This document shows, one piece after another, positions 55,844 to 64,000 of a stretch of DNA of 64,000 bases. Positions within the stretch are counted from its first letter, which is position 1. Every line of letters begins with the position of its first letter. This stretch comes from an uncultured Pelagibacteraceae bacterium (lineage in GTDB: Bacteria; Pseudomonadota; Alphaproteobacteria; Pelagibacterales; Pelagibacteraceae): assembly GCA_902583345.1 (NCBI GenBank), contig CACHVT010000004.1, positions 16,162-80,161 on the forward strand, in the 5' to 3' direction. The position numbers and the translations under genes were made by a program. The notes under the pieces are model-generated. The model saw only the letters and a list, made by a program, of their open reading frames with translations, did not search any database and was not told where the DNA came from.

Positions 55844-57021
55844 TAAGCCACAAGAAATGCTTTATTGGCCTCTTTATCGTACATGCTCATTATTGGCTTG
55901 TCGTCAACCTCAAAAATTTTATCAGAATAAAAACCATTAAATTGAGTTCTAAAAGTTAAACCATATGCTCCAAGCTGGCCTAGTTCTATATAATCATTTT
56001 CTTTAATGTTGTTAGGAAGTATAAAAGGTCCTTTCATGTAGTCCATGCTATCGCAGGTAGGTCCATAAAAATCGAAGGATGTTAATTTTTTAGATATAAT
56101 TCTTCCATTTGTAATTAAACGTGCAGGGTAAACTATATTTGGGACTCCTGCATCAAAAAGAGTTCCATAAGTTCCATCATTGATATAAAGTTTTTGTTTC
56201 TTTCTTAAATTTACTCTTACTATTGTTGACCCGCTCTCGGCTACAATTGCCCTACCTGGTTCACAGATTATCTCTGGAAGTTTTTCTAATCTCAAATTTT
56301 CTAGGCTCTTTTTAATTTCTTCAAAGTAGCTATCTAATGACTGAGGCACTAGGTCAGGATAAATAGTAGGAAAACCTCCGCCAATATTTATATAGTCAGG
56401 AATAATTTTTGTTTTTTTTATAATATTGCCAATTTCTGCAATTCCTTTTGTATATGATATTGGATGCATACATTGAGATCCAACATGAAAACTTAAACCA
56501 ATTTTTTTTGCATATTGTTTAGTTAGTCTAAACAAACCAAGCGCTTCATAGTTTAAAGCTCCAAATTTTTTCGATAAATCTATTTCTGCATGTTCGTTAG
56601 ATACTGAAACTCTAATAAATAATTGAAGATCCTTTGCATTATTAGTCGATTCTAATATTTTAATTAATTCTTCTTTTGTATCTAAGGCAAATGTTTTAAC
56701 ATTAAATTTAAAATAGGCCTCTCTTATACTTTCTCTACTCTTTATAGTATGCATAAAATAACATCTTGCTGTACCGCTAATTTTTTTAATATCCTCAATT
56801 TCTTTTATTGAAGCAACATCAAAATTTTTAATACCACTCTGTAAAATAGTTTTTAAAACTTCAGGTTGAGGATTAGTTTTGACTGCATAAAGAATTCTTC
56901 CAGAAAACTTATTTTGGAAAGTTTTTGAGGCGATTTGTATCGATTTTTTTCTGATACAATAAATAGGTTCAACAGGTTTAAGTTGACTTACAAGCTCGTC
57001 AACACTTTTAAATTTTTGCAT
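55843..57021 (-). CDS. Fold-type III PLP-dependent ornithine-decarboxylase homologue (likely arginine decarboxylase); start revised to ATG 57021
   Basis: YAVK, FHVGSQ, GGGFP, EPGR and GPTCDS.D. GGGGG SD sits 8 nt before ATG 57021. Confidence 0.88.
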   Translation of the reverse strand: MQKFKSVDELVSQLKPVEPIYCIRKKSIQIASKTFQNKFSGRILYAVKTNPQPEVLKTILQSGIKNFDVASIKEIEDIKKISGTARCYFMHTIKSRESIREAYFKFNVKTFALDTKEELIKILESTNNAKDLQLFIRVSVSNEHAEIDLSKKFGALNYEALGLFRLTKQYAKKIGLSFHVGSQCMHPISYTKGIAEIGNIIKKTKIIPDYINIGGGFPTIYPDLVPQSLDSYFEEIKKSLENLRLEKLPEIICEPGRAIVAESGSTIVRVNLRKKQKLYINDGTYGTLFDAGVPNIVYPARLITNGRIISKKLTSFDFYGPTCDSMDYMKGPFILPNNIKENDYIELGQLGAYGLTFRTQFNGFYSDKIFEVDDKPIMSMYDKEANKAFLVA

Positions 57022-57173
57022 TTCATATGCCCCCAAAAAAATTTAACAAAAAAAAGAATTTTAGAATCACTAAAAAACTTTATATCCGCGACCAATTAAG
57101 CCAAAACAACCTCAAAGTAAAGTAATAAAATAATAAGTATTGAATTTTAGAAATTAACAACCATATAAATATC

Positions 57174-57740
57174 ATGGTTGACACAGCTAATAATACAGAA
57201 AAACTGAGCAAATTTAACGATAAATCCTTGCTAGTAGTTGATGACGATAATCCTTTTAGAGAAAGACTTTCAAGAGCAATGGAAAAAAAGGGATTTTTAG
57301 TATCTCAAGCAGAAAGTGTAAAAATTGCCTTAGATGCAGTTAGAACAAATAAACCAGCTTTTGCGGTTGTAGATTTAAGACTAGGAGATGGCAACGGGCT
57401 AGAAGTTGTCAAAGAAATACAAAATTTAAAAATAAATAGCAGAATCGTCATGCTTACCGGATATGGCAATATTCCCACAGCAGTTGCAGCAATTAAAGAG
57501 GGAGCAATTGATTATTTAGCGAAACCTGCTGATGCGGATGATGTAGAAAAAGCACTTTTGGCTGATCCAAATACAAAACCTCAACCTCCAGAAAACCCAA
57601 TGTCTGCAGATAGAGTTAAATGGGAACATATTCATAGAGTTTTTGAATTGTGTAATAGGAATGTATCTGAAACTGCAAGACGGCTAAAGATGCATCGTAG
57701 AACTCTTCAAAGAATATTGTCTAAAAGATCACCTAGATAA
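57174..57740 (+). CDS. regA: RegA/PrrA/ActR redox response regulator
   Basis: Receiver domain plus WEHI.RV..C.RNVSETARRL.MHRRTLQRIL.KRSPR. Confidence 0.96.
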   Translation: MVDTANNTEKLSKFNDKSLLVVDDDNPFRERLSRAMEKKGFLVSQAESVKIALDAVRTNKPAFAVVDLRLGDGNGLEVVKEIQNLKINSRIVMLTGYGNIPTAVAAIKEGAIDYLAKPADADDVEKALLADPNTKPQPPENPMSADRVKWEHIHRVFELCNRNVSETARRLKMHRRTLQRILSKRSPR

Positions 57741-58284
57741 ATTTTCTAAAAGTAAGAAGTTTTTTTGTTAATATAGTTAGTAGAGAAATCTTGAACAATT
57801 CAGCAAACAAAAATGGTTTTAATCCAAGTTCTAGGATAGGTTTGTCCCAGCCTATTAGCGTTCCTAACCATAAAATTCCAATAATATAAATCGATGAAAC
57901 CGATAAAACTAACTTTAAAAATATGATTAAAATATTTGTTTTTAAATTTAAATATCCAGCAATAAAAGTTGCTGACATAAAACCTATTAAGTAACCCATT
58001 GTTGGACCCATAAAATAAGTTAATCCGATTCCTTTTTCCGGAGTTCCAGCAAATACTGGTAAACCAACTAAACCCTCAAACAAGTATAAAGAAATTGTAG
58101 TTATCCCAATTTTCCATCCAAAGGTAACACCTATTAAAATAACTACAAATGTTTGCATTGTCATTGGCACAGGGTAAAAAGGAATTTTTATTTTAGCAGA
58201 TATTGCAAGAAGTAGAGAGCCTAAAAAAATTATTAATAAATATTTTATAATTTTTTGGTTTGATTCTGTTTTAATATTTTCCAT
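57733..58284 (-). CDS. bioY: Biotin transporter S-component
   Basis: PVPMTMQT, GLPVFA and GPTMGYLIGF. Confidence 0.93.
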   Translation of the reverse strand: MENIKTESNQKIIKYLLIIFLGSLLLAISAKIKIPFYPVPMTMQTFVVILIGVTFGWKIGITTISLYLFEGLVGLPVFAGTPEKGIGLTYFMGPTMGYLIGFMSATFIAGYLNLKTNILIIFLKLVLSVSSIYIIGILWLGTLIGWDKPILELGLKPFLFAELFKISLLTILTKKLLTFRKFI

Positions 58285-58316
58285 TAATTTATTTTACTAT
58301 TTAAAAAATTATTAAT

Positions 58317-59258
58317 CTAGTTTTTTGTTATATTTATAAATACATCTTCTAAATCTCCATCATCACTTGAAATATCTACTATTTTAACATTAGCTTTGTT
58401 AAATACTTCAATAATTTCACTAATTGTTAAAGATTTTTTCTCATAGGATATGCAAATTTCATTTGCATTACTATATAATACTTTTAATGATTTTAAAGAA
58501 TCGTTTTTTATGTCTATTGGAGAATTAATCTTAAACGTTACTTTTTTTGTTTGAATTCTATTTAAAAGATTTTTAGTACTATCTAGAGCTACTAAAGTAC
58601 CCTTGTTTAGAATTCCAATTCTATCACACATTTGTTCAGCTTCTTCAATATAATGAGTAGTTAAGATTATAGAAACACCCAGCTTATTAAGTAATTTAAC
58701 ATTATCCCAAAGATTTTTTCTAAGATTAACATCTACTCCAGCAGTAGGTTCATCTAAAAATAATATTGGAGGTTGGTGAACCAATGCTTTAGCCATTAGT
58801 AACCTTCTTTTCATCCCTCCAGATAAACTTCTAGCATAACTATTTGCCTCATTTTCTAAAGATACAAGCTTAAGGACAGTATCAGTAATTCTATCTTGCT
58901 TTTTAACCCCATACATTCCAGCTTGAAGTTCTAGAAGTTTTCTAGGACTAAAAAAAGGATCTAAATTTACCTCTTGAGGAACTATTCCAATCGATGCTCT
59001 AACTTGTCTTGGATTTTTATCTAAATTGAAACCCCAAACATTTACCTCTCCAGAAGTTTTGATAACTGTCCCTCCTAAAATATTTATAAAAGTAGTTTTT
59101 CCAGCGCCATTTGGTCCTAACAAACCAAAAATCTCGCCTTCTTTCACGTCTAAGTTTAAATCTTTTAAAGCCTGAACACTATCTGGACTTTTACTTGAAT
59201 TTTTAGAATATATTTTATTTAAATTTTTAATCGAAAGTACAGTTTTTTTGTTCATCAC
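58317..59258 (-). CDS. ABC-2 type transporter ATP-binding protein (YadG-like)
   Basis: GPNGAGKT, LSGGMKRR, LDEPTAGVD and TTHY. Confidence 0.92.
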   Translation of the reverse strand: MMNKKTVLSIKNLNKIYSKNSSKSPDSVQALKDLNLDVKEGEIFGLLGPNGAGKTTFINILGGTVIKTSGEVNVWGFNLDKNPRQVRASIGIVPQEVNLDPFFSPRKLLELQAGMYGVKKQDRITDTVLKLVSLENEANSYARSLSGGMKRRLLMAKALVHQPPILFLDEPTAGVDVNLRKNLWDNVKLLNKLGVSIILTTHYIEEAEQMCDRIGILNKGTLVALDSTKNLLNRIQTKKVTFKINSPIDIKNDSLKSLKVLYSNANEICISYEKKSLTISEIIEVFNKANVKIVDISSDDGDLEDVFINITKN

Positions 59259-59306
59259 AATTTATACTCATACAACATTCGTTACATTTAAGATAACATT
59301 ATATAA

Positions 59307-62072
59307 ATGGATAAAATAAAAAAAAGTGATCATTTTTATTTGATAGATGGGTCAGGCTATATTTTTAGAGCATATTATGCTCTACCTCCGTTAACAAGGA
59401 AGAGCGATGGACTCCCAGTTGGTGCAGTCAGCGGTTTTTGTAACATGTTATTTAAATTAATAGAAGATTCTAATTCTAAGGATAATTTACAAAAACCCAC
59501 TCACTTTGCGGTTATATTTGATTCAGCCAGAAAAAATTTTAGAAATGAAATATACTCAGATTATAAAGCAAACAGATCTGACGCACCAGAAGATTTGGTT
59601 CCTCAATTTGAGTATATAAGAAAATCTGTAATAGCTTTTAACTTACCATGTGTTGAATTAATTAATTATGAGGCTGATGACCTTATAGCAACTTATACTG
59701 AACAAATTTTAAAGATCGGAGCAAAAGTCACTATTGTCTCGTCAGATAAAGATCTTATGCAGCTCTATAAAAAAGATGTTCGTATATACGATCCGATGAA
59801 AAATAAGTTTATCAGCGAGAAAGACATCCTGAATAAGTTTGGTGTTTATGCAAGCAAGGTGATTGATGTTCAGTCTCTAGCTGGTGACAGCAGTGATAAT
59901 GTACCTGGTGTTCCAGGCATTGGGGTTAAGACGGCTGCTGAGCTAATTAATCATTATGGAAGTCTAGAAAAATTATTAGACAAAGCTCACGAAATCAAAC
60001 AAAATAAAAGAAGAGAAACAATTATTGTTAATAAAGATAAGGCTTTAATAAGTAAAAAGTTAGTTACACTTGAAAAAAAGGTTCCAGTAAAAAATAAAAT
60101 TGAAGAATTCAGATTTAAAGTAATTGATAAAGATAAGCTCTATAAATTTCTAAGGGAAATGGAATTTAATCGCCTTCTAAGTTCTGTAATATCTTCACAT
60201 GGAGAACCTGATATTTCAAAAAAAAATAAAAATCATGAAGTATCTGAAAATGAAATATCTATAAGTTCAAAAAATTATAGTTTAATTAAAACCGAAGATG
60301 ATATTGATAAATGGTTAAAAGAAGCCGAGGAAAATGGAGAAATTGCAATAGATACCGAAACTACCTCTTTAAATCCACACTTGGCAAACTTAGTTGGTAT
60401 TTCTTTAAGTACAAAAATTGGTAAAGCATGTTACGTACCTATAGGTCATAAAAACGGGAAATGCTTAAATAAAGAAAAAATTATAAAAAAAATAAAACCA
60501 ATCTTAGAAGACAAAAGTATAAAAAAAATTGGTCAAAATATAAAATTTGATTTTATTATTTTTAAATACCAAGGCATCGAAATGAATTCCATGGAAGACA
60601 CGATGTTAATGTCATATGTCCTTTATGCTGGTAAAAATAGGCATAATATGGATACTCTTTCAGAAATTCATTTAAATCACAAAACAATCGCTTTTAAAGA
60701 CTTAGTTGGGTCTGGAAAAAAGGAAATTAATTTTAGCGAGGTGGAAATAAACAAAGCAATGCACTATGCAGCTGAAGATGCCGATATAACATTTAGACTG
60801 TATAAAATTTTTCAAAAAAATTTGAAATTAGAAAAATTAATGAATATTTATGAATTATTTGAAAAACCGCTAATTAAAATTTTAGCAAAAATGGAGATTA
60901 ATGGAATTAAAGTAGATAGTATTTTTTTGGAAAAATTATCAAAAAGATTTGATAAAAAAATTAAAAAATTAGAAAACGATATTTATAAAATAGCAAATAA
61001 AAAATTTAATATTGGATCACCAAAACAACTTGGGGAAATTATATATAATGATTTAAAAATCGCAGTTTTAAAAAGAACAAAAAAAGGTAGTTTTGCCACT
61101 AGTGCAGGTGTACTTGAAGATTTATCTTTTAGAGGACATAAATTTCCTAAATTAATACTTGATTGGAGACAGGTTTCAAAATTAAAAAATACATATACAG
61201 ATTCTTTGACGGAACATGTTAACCCTAGAACTAAGAGAGTACATACTTCCTTTTTACTAGCAGCAACAACAACAGGAAGATTAGCTTCAAGTGATCCAAA
61301 CTTACAAAATATTCCTATAAAATCTGAAGACGGTAAAGAAATTAGAAAAGCTTTTATAGCCGAAAAAGGATACACTCTTATTTCTGCGGATTACAACCAA
61401 ATAGAGATGAGAATTCTAGCTGACCTAGCAGATGTTAAGGAATTAAAAAAAGCTTTTAAAAATAATGAAGATATTCATACTTTAACTGCAAGCCAAGTAT
61501 TTAATATTAATATTAAAGATGTCGATAAAGATACTAGAAGAAAAGCAAAAGCAATTAATTTTGGAATTATATATGGTATTTCTCAATATGGTTTAGCAAA
61601 ACAAATTATGGTTTCAAACAACGAAGCTGAAAGTTTTTTAAATTCTTATTTTTTAAAATTTCCTGAAATTAAAGAATATATGAATAAAACAATAAAATTT
61701 TGCAGAAAATCAGGATATGTAAATAATATTTTTGGAAGAAGATCTTACATTTCTGGTATTAATGATAAAAATTATAATGTAAGAAATTTTCAGGAGAGAG
61801 CTGCTATAAATGCTCCAATACAGGGATCTGCTGCAGAAATTATGAGATTGGCAATGATTAGGTTAAACAAAAAAATTAAAGCTAATAAAATAAGGATGTT
61901 ATTACAAATACATGATGAATTAATTTTTGAAGTTCCAAATGATGAAGTCAAAAATTTATGTGAAACAATTCACGAAGAAATGATTAGTGTAAAAGATAGT
62001 GATTTGCATTCTTTTACTACTCCTTTAACTGTAGATATAAATAAAGGAGATAATTGGGGTATACTTCATTAA
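59307..62072 (+). CDS. polA: DNA polymerase I
   Basis: 5'-3' exonuclease (EADD, GD.SDN.PG), 3'-5' exonuclease (DTET, YAAED) and polymerase (DYNQIE, KAINFG, QIHDE) motifs. Confidence 0.98.
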   Translation: MDKIKKSDHFYLIDGSGYIFRAYYALPPLTRKSDGLPVGAVSGFCNMLFKLIEDSNSKDNLQKPTHFAVIFDSARKNFRNEIYSDYKANRSDAPEDLVPQFEYIRKSVIAFNLPCVELINYEADDLIATYTEQILKIGAKVTIVSSDKDLMQLYKKDVRIYDPMKNKFISEKDILNKFGVYASKVIDVQSLAGDSSDNVPGVPGIGVKTAAELINHYGSLEKLLDKAHEIKQNKRRETIIVNKDKALISKKLVTLEKKVPVKNKIEEFRFKVIDKDKLYKFLREMEFNRLLSSVISSHGEPDISKKNKNHEVSENEISISSKNYSLIKTEDDIDKWLKEAEENGEIAIDTETTSLNPHLANLVGISLSTKIGKACYVPIGHKNGKCLNKEKIIKKIKPILEDKSIKKIGQNIKFDFIIFKYQGIEMNSMEDTMLMSYVLYAGKNRHNMDTLSEIHLNHKTIAFKDLVGSGKKEINFSEVEINKAMHYAAEDADITFRLYKIFQKNLKLEKLMNIYELFEKPLIKILAKMEINGIKVDSIFLEKLSKRFDKKIKKLENDIYKIANKKFNIGSPKQLGEIIYNDLKIAVLKRTKKGSFATSAGVLEDLSFRGHKFPKLILDWRQVSKLKNTYTDSLTEHVNPRTKRVHTSFLLAATTTGRLASSDPNLQNIPIKSEDGKEIRKAFIAEKGYTLISADYNQIEMRILADLADVKELKKAFKNNEDIHTLTASQVFNINIKDVDKDTRRKAKAINFGIIYGISQYGLAKQIMVSNNEAESFLNSYFLKFPEIKEYMNKTIKFCRKSGYVNNIFGRRSYISGINDKNYNVRNFQERAAINAPIQGSAAEIMRLAMIRLNKKIKANKIRMLLQIHDELIFEVPNDEVKNLCETIHEEMISVKDSDLHSFTTPLTVDINKGDNWGILH

Positions 62073-62114
62073 TAAACAAGTATTGCCCAAATTAAAACAA
62101 TTTAGTATTTTTAT

Positions 62115-62825
62115 ATGGGTCTTATGAAACAAACTGTAGCTCTTATAGATGATGATAGGAATATTCTTACTAGTATAAGTATAGCTCTTGAAAAAGAAGG
62201 TTATAATGTTCAAACTTATCTTGATGGAGAAAGTGCACTAATTGGACTTACAAGAACTCCGCCAGATTTAGCGGTAGTTGACATTAAAATGCCAAAAATG
62301 GACGGAGAAGAACTTTTAAAAAAATTGAGAAAAAAAAGTTCTTTACCAGTTATTTTTTTAACCTCAAAAGATGAAGAAGTCGATGAATTATTAGGTCTTA
62401 AACTTGGGGCAGATGACTTTATCAAAAAGTCAGGAGGATTTTCCATTAAAGTTCTTATTGAAAGAATAAGAGTTCAGTTAAGAAAAAAAAATATCAGTAG
62501 TCTTGAAGATAACAAAAATATTATTTCCCATGGGAAATTAAAATTGGACCCTTCTCAATTGGAGTGCGAATGGGCAGGAAAACAATTACCTGACAAATTA
62601 ACAACCACGGAATTTTTAATAGTACAAGAACTTGCGAAAAGACCAGGTATTATTAAAGAAAGATCACAATTGATGGATATAGCATACAGAGAAGACACAG
62701 ATATTGAAGATAGAACTATAGATAGCCATGTAAAAAGAATTAGAAAAAAATTTAAAAAAATTGATGAAAATTTTTCTGCTATTGAAACCAGATATGGGAG
62801 TGGATATAGGTGGAATGTTAGTTAA
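62115..62825 (+). CDS. chvI: OmpR-family response regulator ChvI
   Basis: DDDRNILTS, DIKMP.MDG and DRTIDSH.KR.RKKFK; upstream of a sensor kinase. Confidence 0.92.
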   Translation: MGLMKQTVALIDDDRNILTSISIALEKEGYNVQTYLDGESALIGLTRTPPDLAVVDIKMPKMDGEELLKKLRKKSSLPVIFLTSKDEEVDELLGLKLGADDFIKKSGGFSIKVLIERIRVQLRKKNISSLEDNKNIISHGKLKLDPSQLECEWAGKQLPDKLTTTEFLIVQELAKRPGIIKERSQLMDIAYREDTDIEDRTIDSHVKRIRKKFKKIDENFSAIETRYGSGYRWNVS

Positions 62826-64000
62826 TGATCAATGCTTTAATTAAAAATTTATCAATTTTAAAAAAGTTTTTATTTGTAAATTTAATTTTTTTTTTAATTA
62901 TTGGAACCTTCACATTAATTTATATTAACAATGTCCAACCTAGTTTAATTAAAAAAAAAACTGTCAACCACATCCAGATTATTAATAATACAATAAATCA
63001 TTTAGATAGATTAAAGATAAAGTTTTATAACGATGATATTAGAAAATTTTTGTTTTCTACAAGGTTTTTATTTCAAAATCTAGATAGAGTTGTTTTTTTT
63101 GATATTAAATATAATTTAATTGGAGATACAGATACACTTGATTTAGATCCTAGATCATTTTCACAAAGATTAGATGCTATTGAACTTGAACAAATAGATG
63201 AAAAAAATTTAAAAAAAAAAGAAACTACAAAAAAAATAGAAAAAAAAAGCAAACTTTCCTTAAAAGATATTCTTATAAATTATTCTAATTCTAAAGAGTT
63301 TGGAATGCCTTATACCTTAGTCCAAGAAAACTATAACCAGTTTTTATTAACAACAATTAAAAATATTAATATAAATGGAGAAAATATTGGATTTATTACA
63401 ATAACCGAAAATGCCAATGATATTAAAAATGCAATAGATGAAAGAAAAACTTTTATAATCAGAACTGCAATTATAGTTGCAATTGTAATTTTGATTTTTT
63501 CTATAATACTTAATAGATATTTTTTAAAACCCATCAAAAATTTGGTTGATTATACAAAAATTATAAAAGACAAAAGTAAAAAGAAAACAAATATAAATAT
63601 ATTAAAAAATAGAAATGATGAACTTGGTGCATTATCTAAGTCATTAGATGAGATGACAAATAATTTACAAAAAAGAATACAAAATGCTGAAAATTTTTCT
63701 ACAGATTTAGTTCATGAAATTCGAAATCCACTAGCTTCATTAAAAAGTGCAACCGAGATTTTAAATGACACAAATAATAAATCTGAAAGATTTAAGTTAC
63801 TTAATATTCTTGATCATGACATCTTGAGGATAGAAAGATTAATTACTGATTATTCTCAAATATTAAAAGACGAGGTGGCATTAAGTAAAGAAAAAATGAA
63901 TACTATTGATCTTAAATTAATTGTTAAGTCTGTAGTGGATGATTTTAATAGTATTTATGAAACAAAAAGAGGTATTAAAATTGAGTTTATTGAAAAAAAT
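62825..64000 (+). CDS. chvG: Sensor histidine kinase ChvG, 3'-truncated by window edge
   Basis: ATG overlaps the chvI stop (TAATG). Two TM segments, HAMP (RNDELG.LS) and H-box DLVHEIRNPLASLKS. Absent from the ORF track because it runs off the window. Confidence 0.88.
   Translation, partial: MINALIKNLSILKKFLFVNLIFFLIIGTFTLIYINNVQPSLIKKKTVNHIQIINNTINHLDRLKIKFYNDDIRKFLFSTRFLFQNLDRVVFFDIKYNLIGDTDTLDLDPRSFSQRLDAIELEQIDEKNLKKKETTKKIEKKSKLSLKDILINYSNSKEFGMPYTLVQENYNQFLLTTIKNININGENIGFITITENANDIKNAIDERKTFIIRTAIIVAIVILIFSIILNRYFLKPIKNLVDYTKIIKDKSKKKTNINILKNRNDELGALSKSLDEMTNNLQKRIQNAENFSTDLVHEIRNPLASLKSATEILNDTNNKSERFKLLNILDHDILRIERLITDYSQILKDEVALSKEKMNTIDLKLIVKSVVDDFNSIYETKRGIKIEFIEKN

Noticed and set aside
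56988-57036. TTG start at 57036 and an out-of-frame mini-ORF (MKCKNLKVLTSL) from ATG 57026 as a possible leader peptide
   Set aside because: SD spacing fits ATG 57021. The other ATG is only 3 nt from the SD and has no regulatory codon pattern.
57733-59258. ABC ATPase and bioY as a BioMNY/ECF transporter
   Set aside because: The ATPase is ABC-2/YadG type rather than EcfA/BioM, and there is no T component.

Overview
A very AT-rich, gene-dense alphaproteobacterial chromosome segment that looks like SAR11/Pelagibacterales (Pelagibacter-type DmdA, minimal intergenic spacers, class I LysRS). It is mostly core genome: the 3' end of leuB; a DMSP-demethylation operon (dmdC-dmdB-alpha/beta hydrolase-dmdA); asd; sdhCDAB; mdh-sucCDAB-lpdA; priA; atpHAGDC; rplU-rpmA-obgE-proBA-nadD-rsfS-ctpA-rppH; metX-metW-gloB behind a SAM-II riboswitch; hisC-tyrA; trkH-ampG-NlpC/P60-TPR sulfotransferase; lysS-pyrD; rpmB-yhhQ; a four-gene polyamine operon; regA, bioY, an ABC ATPase, polA and chvI-chvG (truncated). 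No tRNA, rRNA, CRISPR or mobile element was seen. The main leads are five. (1) An accessory-looking module between sdhB and mdh (methylmalonate/malonate-semialdehyde dehydrogenase, Fe-alcohol dehydrogenase and a monocarboxylate TRAP transporter) may import and oxidise 3-hydroxypropionate next to the DMSP operon. (2) The SdhC/SdhD anchors lack both canonical heme-b His ligands. (3) The unassigned hydrolase inside the dmd operon probably starts at a CTG codon. (4) A decarboxylase/DHS-like/aguB/aguA operon suggests an unusual homospermidine route. (5) The SAM-II aptamer is followed by a U-tract rather than a Shine-Dalgarno. All calls come from motif recognition by eye; no searches were run.
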